NCBI GenBank assembly: GCA_027314595.1
Contig: DAHVAN010000335.1
Span: 19,422-83,421, forward strand
Reading direction: 5' to 3'
Origin: Actinomycetota bacterium
Lineage (GTDB): Bacteria > Actinomycetota > Actinomycetes > Streptosporangiales > Streptosporangiaceae
Length of the DNA stretch: 64,000 bases
A program made the translations under genes and the position numbers. The notes beneath the pieces were generated by a model. That model saw nothing but the letters and a program-made list of their open reading frames with translations. It had not been told where the DNA came from and ran no database searches. Position 1 is the first letter of the stretch; each line of letters opens with the position of its first letter. Of the stretch, positions 18,675 through 27,923 are shown one piece after another.

Positions 18675-20767
18675 CCGGCGCGGCCAGGCTGTCCACCGCG
18701 AGCCGGTCGGCTCCCGCTGCGGTCGCGTGGGTGCTGCCCGAGTCCGCCTGCCAGGGCACGGGCAGCCGGGGGCCGCGGTTCGCCGACGACGTGTGGGACT
18801 TCCGCGGCATCTTCCCTCGCACCACCAACAGCGCCCGGATTGACTTCACCAAGGTCGCCAGCCCAGTGCTGCGGCTGGCGGTGAAGGAGTTCCTGTTCTC
18901 CCGGCTGCACAACGTCGCCCCGGTGCGGCGCAGCGCCGGAACCCACCGGCCGATCAAGGCGACCGGGCTGCACCGCGAGTACACCGACGCCCGCATGTGG
19001 CTCGCCGCGCTTGAAGACCTGGGCGTCACCCGGCTGGCCGACGTCCGGCAGCACCACCTCGACGCGATCGCCGCCCGCTGGTCCGGCACGCTGATGCCGT
19101 CGTCGCTGACCGTCCGGATCGGCGCAATCCAGGCAATGGCCGCGCACGCGCCCTACCTCAGCGGCGACCGGCTGGAGTTCATGCCCTGGCAGGGCCGGGC
19201 ACCGGCCCAGGTCGCCCGCCACCATTACAGCGAGGAAAACACCACCCCGCGCATCCCCGAGCCCGCCATGGCGCGCATGCTGGAAGCAGCCCTGTTCTAC
19301 GTCCAGACCGCGAGCACGGACCTGCTCGCCGCCCGCGACGAGCTGGCCCGGCTGCGGGCCGCCCGCGCGGTCGCGGGCAAGCTGCCCGGCGGGCAGGCCA
19401 GGGCACGGGTCGAGGCGTTCATCGCCGCGCGCCGCGAGCAGGGCCGGGGCATCCCGGCACTGCCCGCCAAGATGGCCCGCTTCCGGCCGGACGCGCCCGC
19501 AGCCGACGGCGTGGTCCAGGCACCGAACGCCCAGCTGGTCGAGCTGCTGTCCGGCACCGGGGGGATCCGCCACCTGCGCGACTTGCTCGACGCCGCTGCC
19601 GACGAGCTGGGCTACGAGGAAGGCGGCATGGACACCGCCATGTCACCCTGGCCCCGCACCGGCCGGACGTGGCGGCCCCGCCTGGACCCGGCCAGCCTGC
19701 CCGCCGAGCTGTCGCACCTGCGCACCGCTTCATGGATAACCATCGCGTATCTGTCCGGTATGCGAGACACCGAGGTTCGCGAGCTCAGCCGCGACTGCGC
19801 GTTCACCACGCCCGGCGCTGACGGCCGGACAAGGTACAAACTGCGCGGCCGGGTCTTCAAGGGCCGCCGGATGTCCGGCGACCACGCCGAGTGGGTCGTC
19901 CTCGAACCCGTCCACCAGGCAGTGGACGTGCTACGGCAGCTCAACGACGACCCCGGCCACCTGTTCGGCTACGCCCACGGCAGCCGCGACTACCTGACCA
20001 GCGCGATCACCACCCGGCTGGCCGCCTTCCGCGACCACGTCAGCAACCTGTTCTCCCAGAACGACGAGCCGTTCATCCCCGACGACGGGGACCAGCCGTG
20101 GGCGTTCAACTCCCGGCAGTTCCGCCGCACCCTGGCCTGGCACATCGCCCACCAGCCGTTCGGCGTCATCGCCGGCGCCCGGCAGTACCACCACGCGAAA
20201 CTCGTCATGTTCGAGGGCTACGCCGGGACCTCGGCCTCCGGCTTCGCCGCCGAAGTCGCCGCCGAGGAGAACATCGCGACCCTGGACTACCTCGAAGACC
20301 TCTACCGCGACTGGGACGACGGCGCCCGCAGCGGCGGCGGGGCCGGCGCCCGGATCGACGCCGAGTTCGCCCGCATCCGCGCCGACCTCGGCGACCCGCC
20401 CGGCATCACCGCCGACCCGCCTCGGCTGCGGGCCATGCTCGCCCACCTGACCAGGACCTTGCACCCCGGCGTCCTCAATGACTGCTTCTTCAACCACGCC
20501 ACAGCGGCCTGCGCCGGGGCTGCCGGGCACGCCCGCCATCCGCTGCCGATGATCAGCACCTGCCTGCGCTGCCCCAACGCCCGCCGCAGCAGCATCCACC
20601 TGCCCCGGCTGACCGCCGCCCGCGACCAGGCCACCGAACTGCGGGCAGCCTGCGCGGCGGCCGGGCCGGTCCCGGCGCCGCAGCAGGCCGCGATCACCGG
20701 CTACATCAGCGACCTCACCCAGCTTATCGACCAGCTCAAAGACACCGACCAGAAAGGACAGCGGTGA
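18671..20767 (+). CDS. Tyrosine recombinase 3
   Basis: ATGA overlap; 'YLSGMRDTEV', 'RQFRRTLAW', 'QYHH', 'FEGYA', 'CLRCPNA'. Confidence 0.85.
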   Translation: MTGAARLSTASRSAPAAVAWVLPESACQGTGSRGPRFADDVWDFRGIFPRTTNSARIDFTKVASPVLRLAVKEFLFSRLHNVAPVRRSAGTHRPIKATGLHREYTDARMWLAALEDLGVTRLADVRQHHLDAIAARWSGTLMPSSLTVRIGAIQAMAAHAPYLSGDRLEFMPWQGRAPAQVARHHYSEENTTPRIPEPAMARMLEAALFYVQTASTDLLAARDELARLRAARAVAGKLPGGQARARVEAFIAARREQGRGIPALPAKMARFRPDAPAADGVVQAPNAQLVELLSGTGGIRHLRDLLDAAADELGYEEGGMDTAMSPWPRTGRTWRPRLDPASLPAELSHLRTASWITIAYLSGMRDTEVRELSRDCAFTTPGADGRTRYKLRGRVFKGRRMSGDHAEWVVLEPVHQAVDVLRQLNDDPGHLFGYAHGSRDYLTSAITTRLAAFRDHVSNLFSQNDEPFIPDDGDQPWAFNSRQFRRTLAWHIAHQPFGVIAGARQYHHAKLVMFEGYAGTSASGFAAEVAAEENIATLDYLEDLYRDWDDGARSGGGAGARIDAEFARIRADLGDPPGITADPPRLRAMLAHLTRTLHPGVLNDCFFNHATAACAGAAGHARHPLPMISTCLRCPNARRSSIHLPRLTAARDQATELRAACAAAGPVPAPQQAAITGYISDLTQLIDQLKDTDQKGQR

Positions 20768-21211
20768 CCCGCGCCGCAACCCGCGAACGCCTCGACCAGG
20801 CACTCACCCGGCTCCTTGCCGGCCAGCCATCCGTCACCGACGGCGAACTGACCGTCACCAACCTGTGCAGGGAAGCCAGAGTCGGACGTGACTCCTACTA
20901 CCGGACCCCCGCAGTCGTCGCCAGGTTCACCACGGCCAGGACCACCGCCGCAACCCCCCGGAACCGAGCTAGCCCAGCTCCGCGACCGGGCCGTCACGCT
21001 CGCCCGCGAGATCAAGGACAGTAAACGTGACCATGCCGCGCAGATCACAGAACTCGAAGACCAGGTCAAGACCTACGCCGGGCAGATCCAGGTCCTCGCC
21101 GTGGCCAACCAGGAACTCAAAGAGGAAAACCACCGGCTGCGCAACCAGATCGAACACGCCGCACCGGGCGTCAGCCAGCTCCGCCAGCACCCGAGGACCG
21201 GCGATGAGTAG
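20764..21211 (+). pseudogene. Small HTH/coiled-coil accessory protein (TnpC-like), split by a frameshift
   Basis: 'LTVTNLCREARVGRDSYYR' HTH in ORF 20764; coiled coil in ORF 20888; removing one C from the C6 run at 20954-20959 fuses them. Confidence 0.7.
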
Positions 21212-21692
21212 CTCGCTGACCTGCCTCGTGACCGACTTCGGCTCAACTATTTCCGCGGACGCGATCGACCACCTCATCGGGCAGAAACCGGTCGACCCGG
21301 CTGCCGCTGCCGCGCTCCGCACACTTCATAACGATCTCGCCCTGCGCATCATCTTGGCCAGCAACACTCAGCCGTACGAGACCCGGTGGCCAGCACTCCA
21401 GAAAGCCGGGATCGACGACCTGTTCAGCGTCGCGCTGCTCTCCTACCCGCTCGGCGTCCGCAAGCCGGCCCCGCTCTTCTACCGGCTCGTGCTCGCCGCC
21501 GCCGAAGCACCGCCCGAACAGGTGCTGTTCATCGGAGACAACCTGCAGCGCGACGTCGTCGCCCCGGTCGCCCACGGCATGCGCGCCGCTCTCGTCCGGC
21601 CGCAGGGGCTACGGCCAGGGGAAGAGCTCCCCGGGCAAGCGCTGCTCATCAGCCACGTCCGAGAACTGCCGCAGCTCCTGCGCACAGCATGA
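21204..21692 (+). CDS. HAD hydrolase, intact homolog of the gene the element interrupts
   Basis: 'LVTDFGSTIS', 'LASNT', 'GVRKPAP', 'FIGDNLQRDV'; closely similar to 27924-28371. Confidence 0.88.
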   Translation: MSSSLTCLVTDFGSTISADAIDHLIGQKPVDPAAAAALRTLHNDLALRIILASNTQPYETRWPALQKAGIDDLFSVALLSYPLGVRKPAPLFYRLVLAAAEAPPEQVLFIGDNLQRDVVAPVAHGMRAALVRPQGLRPGEELPGQALLISHVRELPQLLRTA

Positions 21693-22291
21693 CCACGACG
21701 GCGGAGCACGCCACGGGACAGGCAGAAGACCACCTCGCGACAGCCGGGCAGGACCCGCTTGCTGATCTGAGGGAGGCCACCGCCGCCGGACGCACAGAGG
21801 CAGGCCGCCTGCTCGCCTACCTGCGGCACACAGCCCGGCTTAGCCAGGTCCAGCTAGCCCGGCGGATCGGGTACAGCGCCACAGTAGTGGCTCACGCTGA
21901 GCTGGGCCGCCGCCCCGTGTCGGCGGAATTCTGGGAACTTGCCGACGACGCGCTCGCAGCCAGCGGGAGGCTGACCGCCTATGGCATCCGGATCAGGGAC
22001 CTGGCCATGGCCAGGCGCGTGGAACAGCGTCGCCGCGACAAGGCCAGGCACGCCGAGCGCCTAGCTCAGCTGCTGCCACTGCCGCACGGGGAGGACGACA
22101 CCGTGCCCGCAGCGCCCGCCGTGCCAGCTACTGCGGACACCACGCCGGCTGCCGGCAGGTGCCCTCACTGCAATCAGCCGGTCACGCTAGTGACCCGGAT
22201 TGCCGCACCGCCCGATGCGGGCACCGTGAAGGAACCCGTTACAGGCGGGCTTGCGAATTCCAGTCTGTCTGCCCATACCGCGCGAAGGTAA
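21689..22291 (+). CDS. XRE-family HTH protein with C-terminal CPHC motif
   Basis: 'LRHTARLSQVQLARRIGYSATVVAHAELGRRP'; ATGA overlap with the HAD gene. Confidence 0.75.
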   Translation: MTTTAEHATGQAEDHLATAGQDPLADLREATAAGRTEAGRLLAYLRHTARLSQVQLARRIGYSATVVAHAELGRRPVSAEFWELADDALAASGRLTAYGIRIRDLAMARRVEQRRRDKARHAERLAQLLPLPHGEDDTVPAAPAVPATADTTPAAGRCPHCNQPVTLVTRIAAPPDAGTVKEPVTGGLANSSLSAHTARR

Positions 22292-22577
22292 CTGTCCGTA
22301 GCTATTAGTGGATGCAGAGGGGCGCCGGACGCCGACTAGGCGCGCATGATGAAAGGCTTTCCATGGCGGTGCGCAAACGTGCGGATCTCCAAGTTCGGCG
22401 CATCGAGCACTCGGCTACTGAGCGGCGATGCCCGGTCAACCAAGGCTCTATGATGACGGCACAGTGGTCTCTTTGGGGCGGTCGGAGTTTCTCGTAATGG
22501 TTAGCCCTGCCGGTTTAGCGCCGGTAGTGGCATGCTGGTGCGCGGATGACCTGTTCCGGCGGGTTGTGGGTGGGGTT

Positions 22578-25500
22578 GTGGCTGACCGGCTGGTGGTGGA
22601 CTTGGGCTCGGACGGCGCGGCGGGAGTGACGTCGTGGCCGAACAGCGGGATGCCTGAGGAGGTGTCGCGGTCGCCGTTTGAGTGGCCGCTAAACGGAGAC
22701 GCGCTGGAGGATCTGCGCTGGTACCTGGAGGATTACCTGCCGGCGCCGTTCGGGGTGTGGGAAGACCGCGGCCCAGCGGTCCAGGGGAAGCTGGCGGGGT
22801 GGGGGGACGATGTGTTTGGGTCGGTGTTCGGATCCGGCCCAGCATGCGATGCTTACCAGCGGGCCTTGGATAAGGACCTGGAAGTAGTGTTCCGGTCGGC
22901 CGAGCCCGCTCTGCTCGCCTTGCCCTGGGAATTGATGCGTGACGGCGCCGGCCCTGTCGCGCTGAGGGCCGGGGGGATCTCGCGGAGCCTGCCGGTCCCG
23001 GACAGCGCAGGGATGCTGGAGGTGCCGGGCGGGCGACTGCGGGCGCTAATGGTCATTTCCCGCCCTGCTGGCAGCTCCGATGTGGGGTATCAGATGGTGG
23101 CCCGGCCGCTGCTGGAACGCCTCGACGTGGTCCGCGGCCAGGTCGATCTGACCGTGCTCCGGCCCCCTACGTTCAGTGCGCTGTGCGAGGTGCTGGAGCA
23201 GGCCGCCGATGCTGGCGAGCCGTTTCACGTGGTCCATTTCGACGGCCACGGGGTCATGCCTGGCCGCGTTATCGGCAGTGCGATCATTACCAGCGTCGGT
23301 GAGGGCACGCTGGTGTTCGAGAGGCCCGATGGCGGCGGTCAGCACGTGGCGGCGTCGAAGGTCGCGGTCGCCATGGCCCGGGGACGGGTGCCGGTGGTGG
23401 TGATGAATGCGTGCCAGTCCGGCGCTATAGGGAAGGATCTGGAGGCGTCGGTCGCCACCGCGCTGCTGCGGGCGGGGTGCGCGGCGGTGGTGGCGATGGC
23501 GTTCAAGGTGTACGCGGTCGCGGCGGCTGAGTTCATGGCCGCGTTCTACGAAGCCTTGTTCACCGGGCGAAGTGTCGGGCAGGCCGTAACCGCCGGGAGG
23601 CAGCGGCTGTTCGAACATGACGGGCGGCCCAGTCCGAGAGGGGACATGCCGCTGGCTGACTGGCTCATTCCGGTCCACTACATGCGCAAAGAGGTTTCCT
23701 TCCCCCAGGTCCGCGTTGCCTGCCCGGCCGCCGCGCCGTCACTGGATGCGGCGCTAGATGACCTCCGTGCCCCAGCGCCTGAGCCAGCCGCGGGGACTGA
23801 TCCGCTGGCCGCAGTCGGTGCGTTCGTGGGCCGCGATGACCTGCTTTACCAGTTGGAGGCTGCGTCGCAGCTGCAGCGTGTGGTGGTCCTGACCGGTCCC
23901 GGGGGGACGGGGAAGACGGAACTGGCGAAGGGGTTCGCGCGGTGGCAACGGCAGACGGGCGGGGTCGATGACCCACGCCGGGTGCTCTGGCATTCATTCG
24001 AGCCCGGCCTAGCCTCATTCGGCTTGGATGGGGTGATCAACGGAATCGGCCTGAACCTGCTCGGCACGGACTTCGCCCGCCTCGACCAGCCCCAACGGCT
24101 CGCCCAGGTCAAGCGGCTAATGCAGCAGCATCGGATGCTGCTGCTGTGGGACAATTTCGAGACCGTCAATGAGATGCCCGACCCCACCGGCGCGACCCCA
24201 CCGCTGGACGAGGTCGGCCGCGCGCAACTGCAGGACTTCCTGGACTGGGCACAGGATCACTCCCGCAGCACCGTGATCATCACCAGCCGCGCGCAGGAGG
24301 AGTGGCTGCGCCAGGTTCATCGCATCGAGGTGGGCGGGCTGAACCCGGCTGAAGCCGCCGAGTACGCCGACCGCCTGCTCGCCCCGTTCCCGGCCGCCCA
24401 GGCGCGGCGCCAGCTCCGGTCGTTCGGGGAACTGCTGGAATGGCTTGACGGCCACCCCCTGGCGATGCGGCTCACCCTCCCGCGCCTCGACAACACCGAA
24501 CCAGGGGACCTGCTGGCCGGACTGCACGGCACCGCCCCCATGTCGGCCGAGGTAGCCGAAGCCGGGACGGGGCGACTGTCGTCACTGGGCGCGTGCGTTA
24601 CCTACTCCTTCGCCCATCTGAATCGGGAAACGCGGCGGCTGCTCCCGGCAGTCAGCCTATTCCATAGCGTCGCCGACGCCGATGTCCTTGCACGTTTTTC
24701 TGATAGAGAAGGGACGCCGTTTCGGTTCGCAGGGACCAGCAAGCAGGAATGGGCGGCGGCGCTTGAAGACGCCGCCCAGGTCGGGCTCCTGACCAGACAG
24801 GGCGCAGGCATGTACCAGATCCACCCCGCCCTGCCCGGCTACCTCGTCCTCGGCTGGCGTGCCGAAGATCCCGCCGGATACGGCGCGGAGCGGGAAGCGT
24901 GCGAGGATGCGATGTGCGCCGCCAGCGCCGACCTCAGCTGGTCGCTGACCAGGCAGATCGAATCCGGAGACGCCGCCCCGGCCTACGCAATTATCGGGCT
25001 GCAGCGGCGGACCCTGGGCACGATGCTCCAGCACGCCCTGAACCGCGGCATGTGGCGCGAGGCCGAGGGCATTGTCCGGGCGCTGGATGAGTACTGGGAC
25101 ACCCGCGGCCTTGGGACCGAAGCCGCCGGCTGGGCCGACCGCGTCCTGAACGCCACCACCGGCCCCGGCCAGGACACGCCAGTAGCAACCCGCGCCCGGT
25201 CACTGTGGCTGTACACCACCTACCACAAGGCCAGCAGTCAGAAGGACGCCGGGCAGCCGGAAGATGCTGCGCGAACCTCCCGCCGAGCCCTGTCGTACCT
25301 GCAAGACCAGCCCGAGACCGAGTGGACTCGTAGGAACACCGCCGGCATTTACCATCAGCTCGGCATCGTCGCCCAAGAGCGCGGGCAGCTGGATGAGGCC
25401 GGCGAGTGGTACCGCAAATCCCTTGCCATCAAAGAATCACTCGGTGACCGGCCCGGCATGGCGGCTACCTACCACCAGCTCGGCAACGCCGCCACGGACC

Positions 25501-26864
25501 GGGGGCGGCTGGATGAGGCTGACGAGTGGTACCGCAAGTCCCTTGCCGTCAAAGAAGGACTCGGTGACCGGCCCGGCATGGCAAGCACCTACCACCAGCT
25601 CGGCAACATCGCACGCCGCGCCGAGCGGCTGGACGAGGCCGATCGCTGGTACGGCAAATCCCTCACCATCAACGAAGAACTCGGCAACCGGCCCGGCATG
25701 GCCAGCGATTACCACCAGTTCGGCATGACCGTTCAGCGCCGGGGGCGGCTGGATGAGGCCGATGGCTGGTACCGCAAGTCCCTCGCCATCAAGGAAGAAC
25801 TCGGTGACCGGCCCGGCATGGCAATCACCTACCACCAGCTCGGCGTGACCGCCCAGGCGCGGGGGCGGCTGGATGAGGCCGACGACTGGTACCGGCGGGC
25901 CATCCAGATCCGCGAGGAGCTGGGATTGCGTGCGCTGGTGGCCACGGGCTACCACCAGCTCGGCATGACTGCCCGAGACCGGGGGCGGCTGGATGAAGCC
26001 GACGAGTGGTACCGCAAGTCCCTTGCCATTGAAGAAGAACTAGACAACCGGCCCGGCATGGCAAGCACCTACCACCAACTCGGCATCCTCGCCAAGGATC
26101 AGGGGCGACTGGATGAGGCAGACGGCTGGTACCGCAAATCCCTCGCCATCAAAGAAGAACTCGGTGACCGGCCCGGGATGGCGGGCACCTACCACCAGCT
26201 CGGCAACATCGCTCACCGTCGCAGGCGGCTGAACGAGGCAGACGGCTGGTACCGCAAATCCCTCGCCATCAGCCAAGAACTCGGCGACCGCCCTACCTTG
26301 GCGAGCACCTACCACCAGCTCGGCAACGCCGACTACCTCCGCGGGCGGCTGGATGAGGCAGACGGCTGGTATCGCAAGTCCCTCGCCATCAACGAAAAAC
26401 TTCGTAACCGGCCCGGCATGGCGCTGTCTTACCACCAGTTCGGCATGACCGCCAAGCGTCGGGGTCGGCTGGACGAAGCCGACGGCTGGTACCGCAAATC
26501 CCTTGCCATAAGCAAGGAGCTCGGCGACCGGCCCGGCATGGCCGCCACCTACGTGCAGCTCGGCCTTGTCGCCGAGGCAAGAAGACAGCCCCGCCAGGCG
26601 CTGGATTGGAACATCCGGTGTGTGACAGTGTTCACCCAGTTCCCCCACCCGATGACCGGGACTGGGCCGAGCGCCCTCGCCCGGCTCACAGGCCAGCTCG
26701 GTATTACGGCCCTAGACCAAGCTTGGAGGCAGGTTACGGGCCAGCCGGTGCCGCAGGAAGTACGCGACTACATCGCCAGCCATCACACGAAGAATCCGGA
26801 GGGCAGCCATGACCAGCCCGGCAGCAGACGCGGCTCGTTCCGCCGCCGCCATCCTCGCGCCTGA
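22578..26864 (+). CDS. CHAT (caspase-like) protease - NB-ARC/STAND NTPase - TPR protein
   Basis: 'HVVHFDGHG' and 'MNACQSG' His/Cys dyad; Walker A 'GPGGTGKT'; 'LLWDNFE'; 'GHPLAM'; 11 TPR units. Start set to GTG 22578. Confidence 0.9.
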   Translation: MADRLVVDLGSDGAAGVTSWPNSGMPEEVSRSPFEWPLNGDALEDLRWYLEDYLPAPFGVWEDRGPAVQGKLAGWGDDVFGSVFGSGPACDAYQRALDKDLEVVFRSAEPALLALPWELMRDGAGPVALRAGGISRSLPVPDSAGMLEVPGGRLRALMVISRPAGSSDVGYQMVARPLLERLDVVRGQVDLTVLRPPTFSALCEVLEQAADAGEPFHVVHFDGHGVMPGRVIGSAIITSVGEGTLVFERPDGGGQHVAASKVAVAMARGRVPVVVMNACQSGAIGKDLEASVATALLRAGCAAVVAMAFKVYAVAAAEFMAAFYEALFTGRSVGQAVTAGRQRLFEHDGRPSPRGDMPLADWLIPVHYMRKEVSFPQVRVACPAAAPSLDAALDDLRAPAPEPAAGTDPLAAVGAFVGRDDLLYQLEAASQLQRVVVLTGPGGTGKTELAKGFARWQRQTGGVDDPRRVLWHSFEPGLASFGLDGVINGIGLNLLGTDFARLDQPQRLAQVKRLMQQHRMLLLWDNFETVNEMPDPTGATPPLDEVGRAQLQDFLDWAQDHSRSTVIITSRAQEEWLRQVHRIEVGGLNPAEAAEYADRLLAPFPAAQARRQLRSFGELLEWLDGHPLAMRLTLPRLDNTEPGDLLAGLHGTAPMSAEVAEAGTGRLSSLGACVTYSFAHLNRETRRLLPAVSLFHSVADADVLARFSDREGTPFRFAGTSKQEWAAALEDAAQVGLLTRQGAGMYQIHPALPGYLVLGWRAEDPAGYGAEREACEDAMCAASADLSWSLTRQIESGDAAPAYAIIGLQRRTLGTMLQHALNRGMWREAEGIVRALDEYWDTRGLGTEAAGWADRVLNATTGPGQDTPVATRARSLWLYTTYHKASSQKDAGQPEDAARTSRRALSYLQDQPETEWTRRNTAGIYHQLGIVAQERGQLDEAGEWYRKSLAIKESLGDRPGMAATYHQLGNAATDRGRLDEADEWYRKSLAVKEGLGDRPGMASTYHQLGNIARRAERLDEADRWYGKSLTINEELGNRPGMASDYHQFGMTVQRRGRLDEADGWYRKSLAIKEELGDRPGMAITYHQLGVTAQARGRLDEADDWYRRAIQIREELGLRALVATGYHQLGMTARDRGRLDEADEWYRKSLAIEEELDNRPGMASTYHQLGILAKDQGRLDEADGWYRKSLAIKEELGDRPGMAGTYHQLGNIAHRRRRLNEADGWYRKSLAISQELGDRPTLASTYHQLGNADYLRGRLDEADGWYRKSLAINEKLRNRPGMALSYHQFGMTAKRRGRLDEADGWYRKSLAISKELGDRPGMAATYVQLGLVAEARRQPRQALDWNIRCVTVFTQFPHPMTGTGPSALARLTGQLGITALDQAWRQVTGQPVPQEVRDYIASHHTKNPEGSHDQPGSRRGSFRRRHPRA
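25330..26600 (+). repeat. Intragenic tandem array, 11 x 120 bp (40-aa TPR units)
   Basis: 'TACCACCAGCTCGGC'-like blocks recur every 120 nt from about 25350 to 26550. Confidence 0.92.
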
Positions 26865-27195
26865 CCTCGGCCCGAACCTACCCGCCGAAGTCGAAGCCGT
26901 TCTTGCCGCTGACGAAGTCAAAACCGCTATCACCGCCCGCGACACCGGGCAGCGGCCGGACCAGTACCTTGACTTGGTCTCCCTCGCCGGCCTGATCGTG
27001 TCCATCGCTACCCTGGCCTGGACTATCTACAACGACCAGCGCAAGCACGCTCCCGAACCACCACCCACCGCAATCGCCCGGCAGATCCGCATCACCCTTC
27101 GCGACCAGGACACCCCTCTGCCCCCAGAAACCGGCCACATCACAGAAATAGTCGCCACCGAGATCATCCGCCACGCCAGCGGTTCCCGGCAGTAA
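26809..27195 (+). CDS. Small single-TM protein partnering the CHAT-NTPase
   Basis: GGAGGG RBS; hydrophobic segment 'LVSLAGLIVSIATLAWTIY'. Confidence 0.75.
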   Translation: MTSPAADAARSAAAILAPDLGPNLPAEVEAVLAADEVKTAITARDTGQRPDQYLDLVSLAGLIVSIATLAWTIYNDQRKHAPEPPPTAIARQIRITLRDQDTPLPPETGHITEIVATEIIRHASGSRQ

Positions 27196-27874
27196 CACCA
27201 TCACCGGGCGAAGATCCTGCCGCTAAGGGACAAGCTGAGGTATGCCCGCAGAACGCAGATGCCCTGTTCTGGTGCGATAACAATAGCCGCGCCGATGGAT
27301 ATCGAGTACCTCGTCCCGGCCTCGCTGCCACTGTCCGTGACGTGAGCCTTGGTACGGCCATGCACCAGATAATTCGCCGAGGCGGGCCGGGAGACAACGA
27401 CAGCGTGGTGAAGCAGGGTCCCGACCGCGCGGTATGCGGCATCCGAGGTTCGCCATGAGTGTCCTCATGCGTCTATGGCGAACCACGAGTCGTTACACCC
27501 ATGCCTCGTCATGACCCGATCGAACGGGACGCGCGTTACACAGCGTTACGTGCGCTCCTGCACATGCAGGCCAGCACTCAGCCGAGCACGCAGCCATCCT
27601 TTCCGATATGCCACCAGGCTTGCATGAATCGGCCGCAAGAGCTGCAGACAAGGCCGCCCACAGCACCGCTGAGATCGTCAGTCCAGTTCATGGTGTGGAG
27701 ATAGGACATTCTGGAAACGCAGCACCAGATCCTGCAGCGACACGCTTTCTGTTTTCCGCTTTGCCTGACATCGCTGCACAGCCTCTAGGGTGCCCCGGCT
27801 TCGCGCCAGCCCGATGTTGGACTGTATCAACAATGTGGCGCTCGTCACACTTAGAGCTGCCGCGCATCGGCGAA

Positions 27875-27923
27875 CTGCGACACTCGGGCACCTGCGACAA
27901 CGAGAACGATCACATAATGGCGG
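27875..27923. repeat. Right end (attR) of the element
   Basis: CTGCGACA at 27875-27882 and 27892-27899, CATAA terminus at 27913-27917, then TGGCGG. Confidence 0.8.

Larger units (their letters stand above)
15285..27917. mobile_element. 12.6-kb triple tyrosine-recombinase element (RIT/Tn554-like organisation) with cargo, inserted in a HAD gene
   Basis: Flanking TGGCGG at 15279-15284 and 27918-27923; ends TTATGCGGTC and GATCACATAA (imperfect inverted repeat); removing the element restores the HAD ORF. Confidence 0.88.

Noticed and set aside
25330-26600. Regular repeats as a possible CRISPR array
   Set aside because: 120-bp in-frame coding TPR units with no repeat-spacer structure and no cas genes.
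27200-27870. Short ORFs and three CGTTAC repeats (27491, 27534, 27544) near the element's right end
   Set aside because: ORFs lack protein-like features; repeats are too short to support a function.
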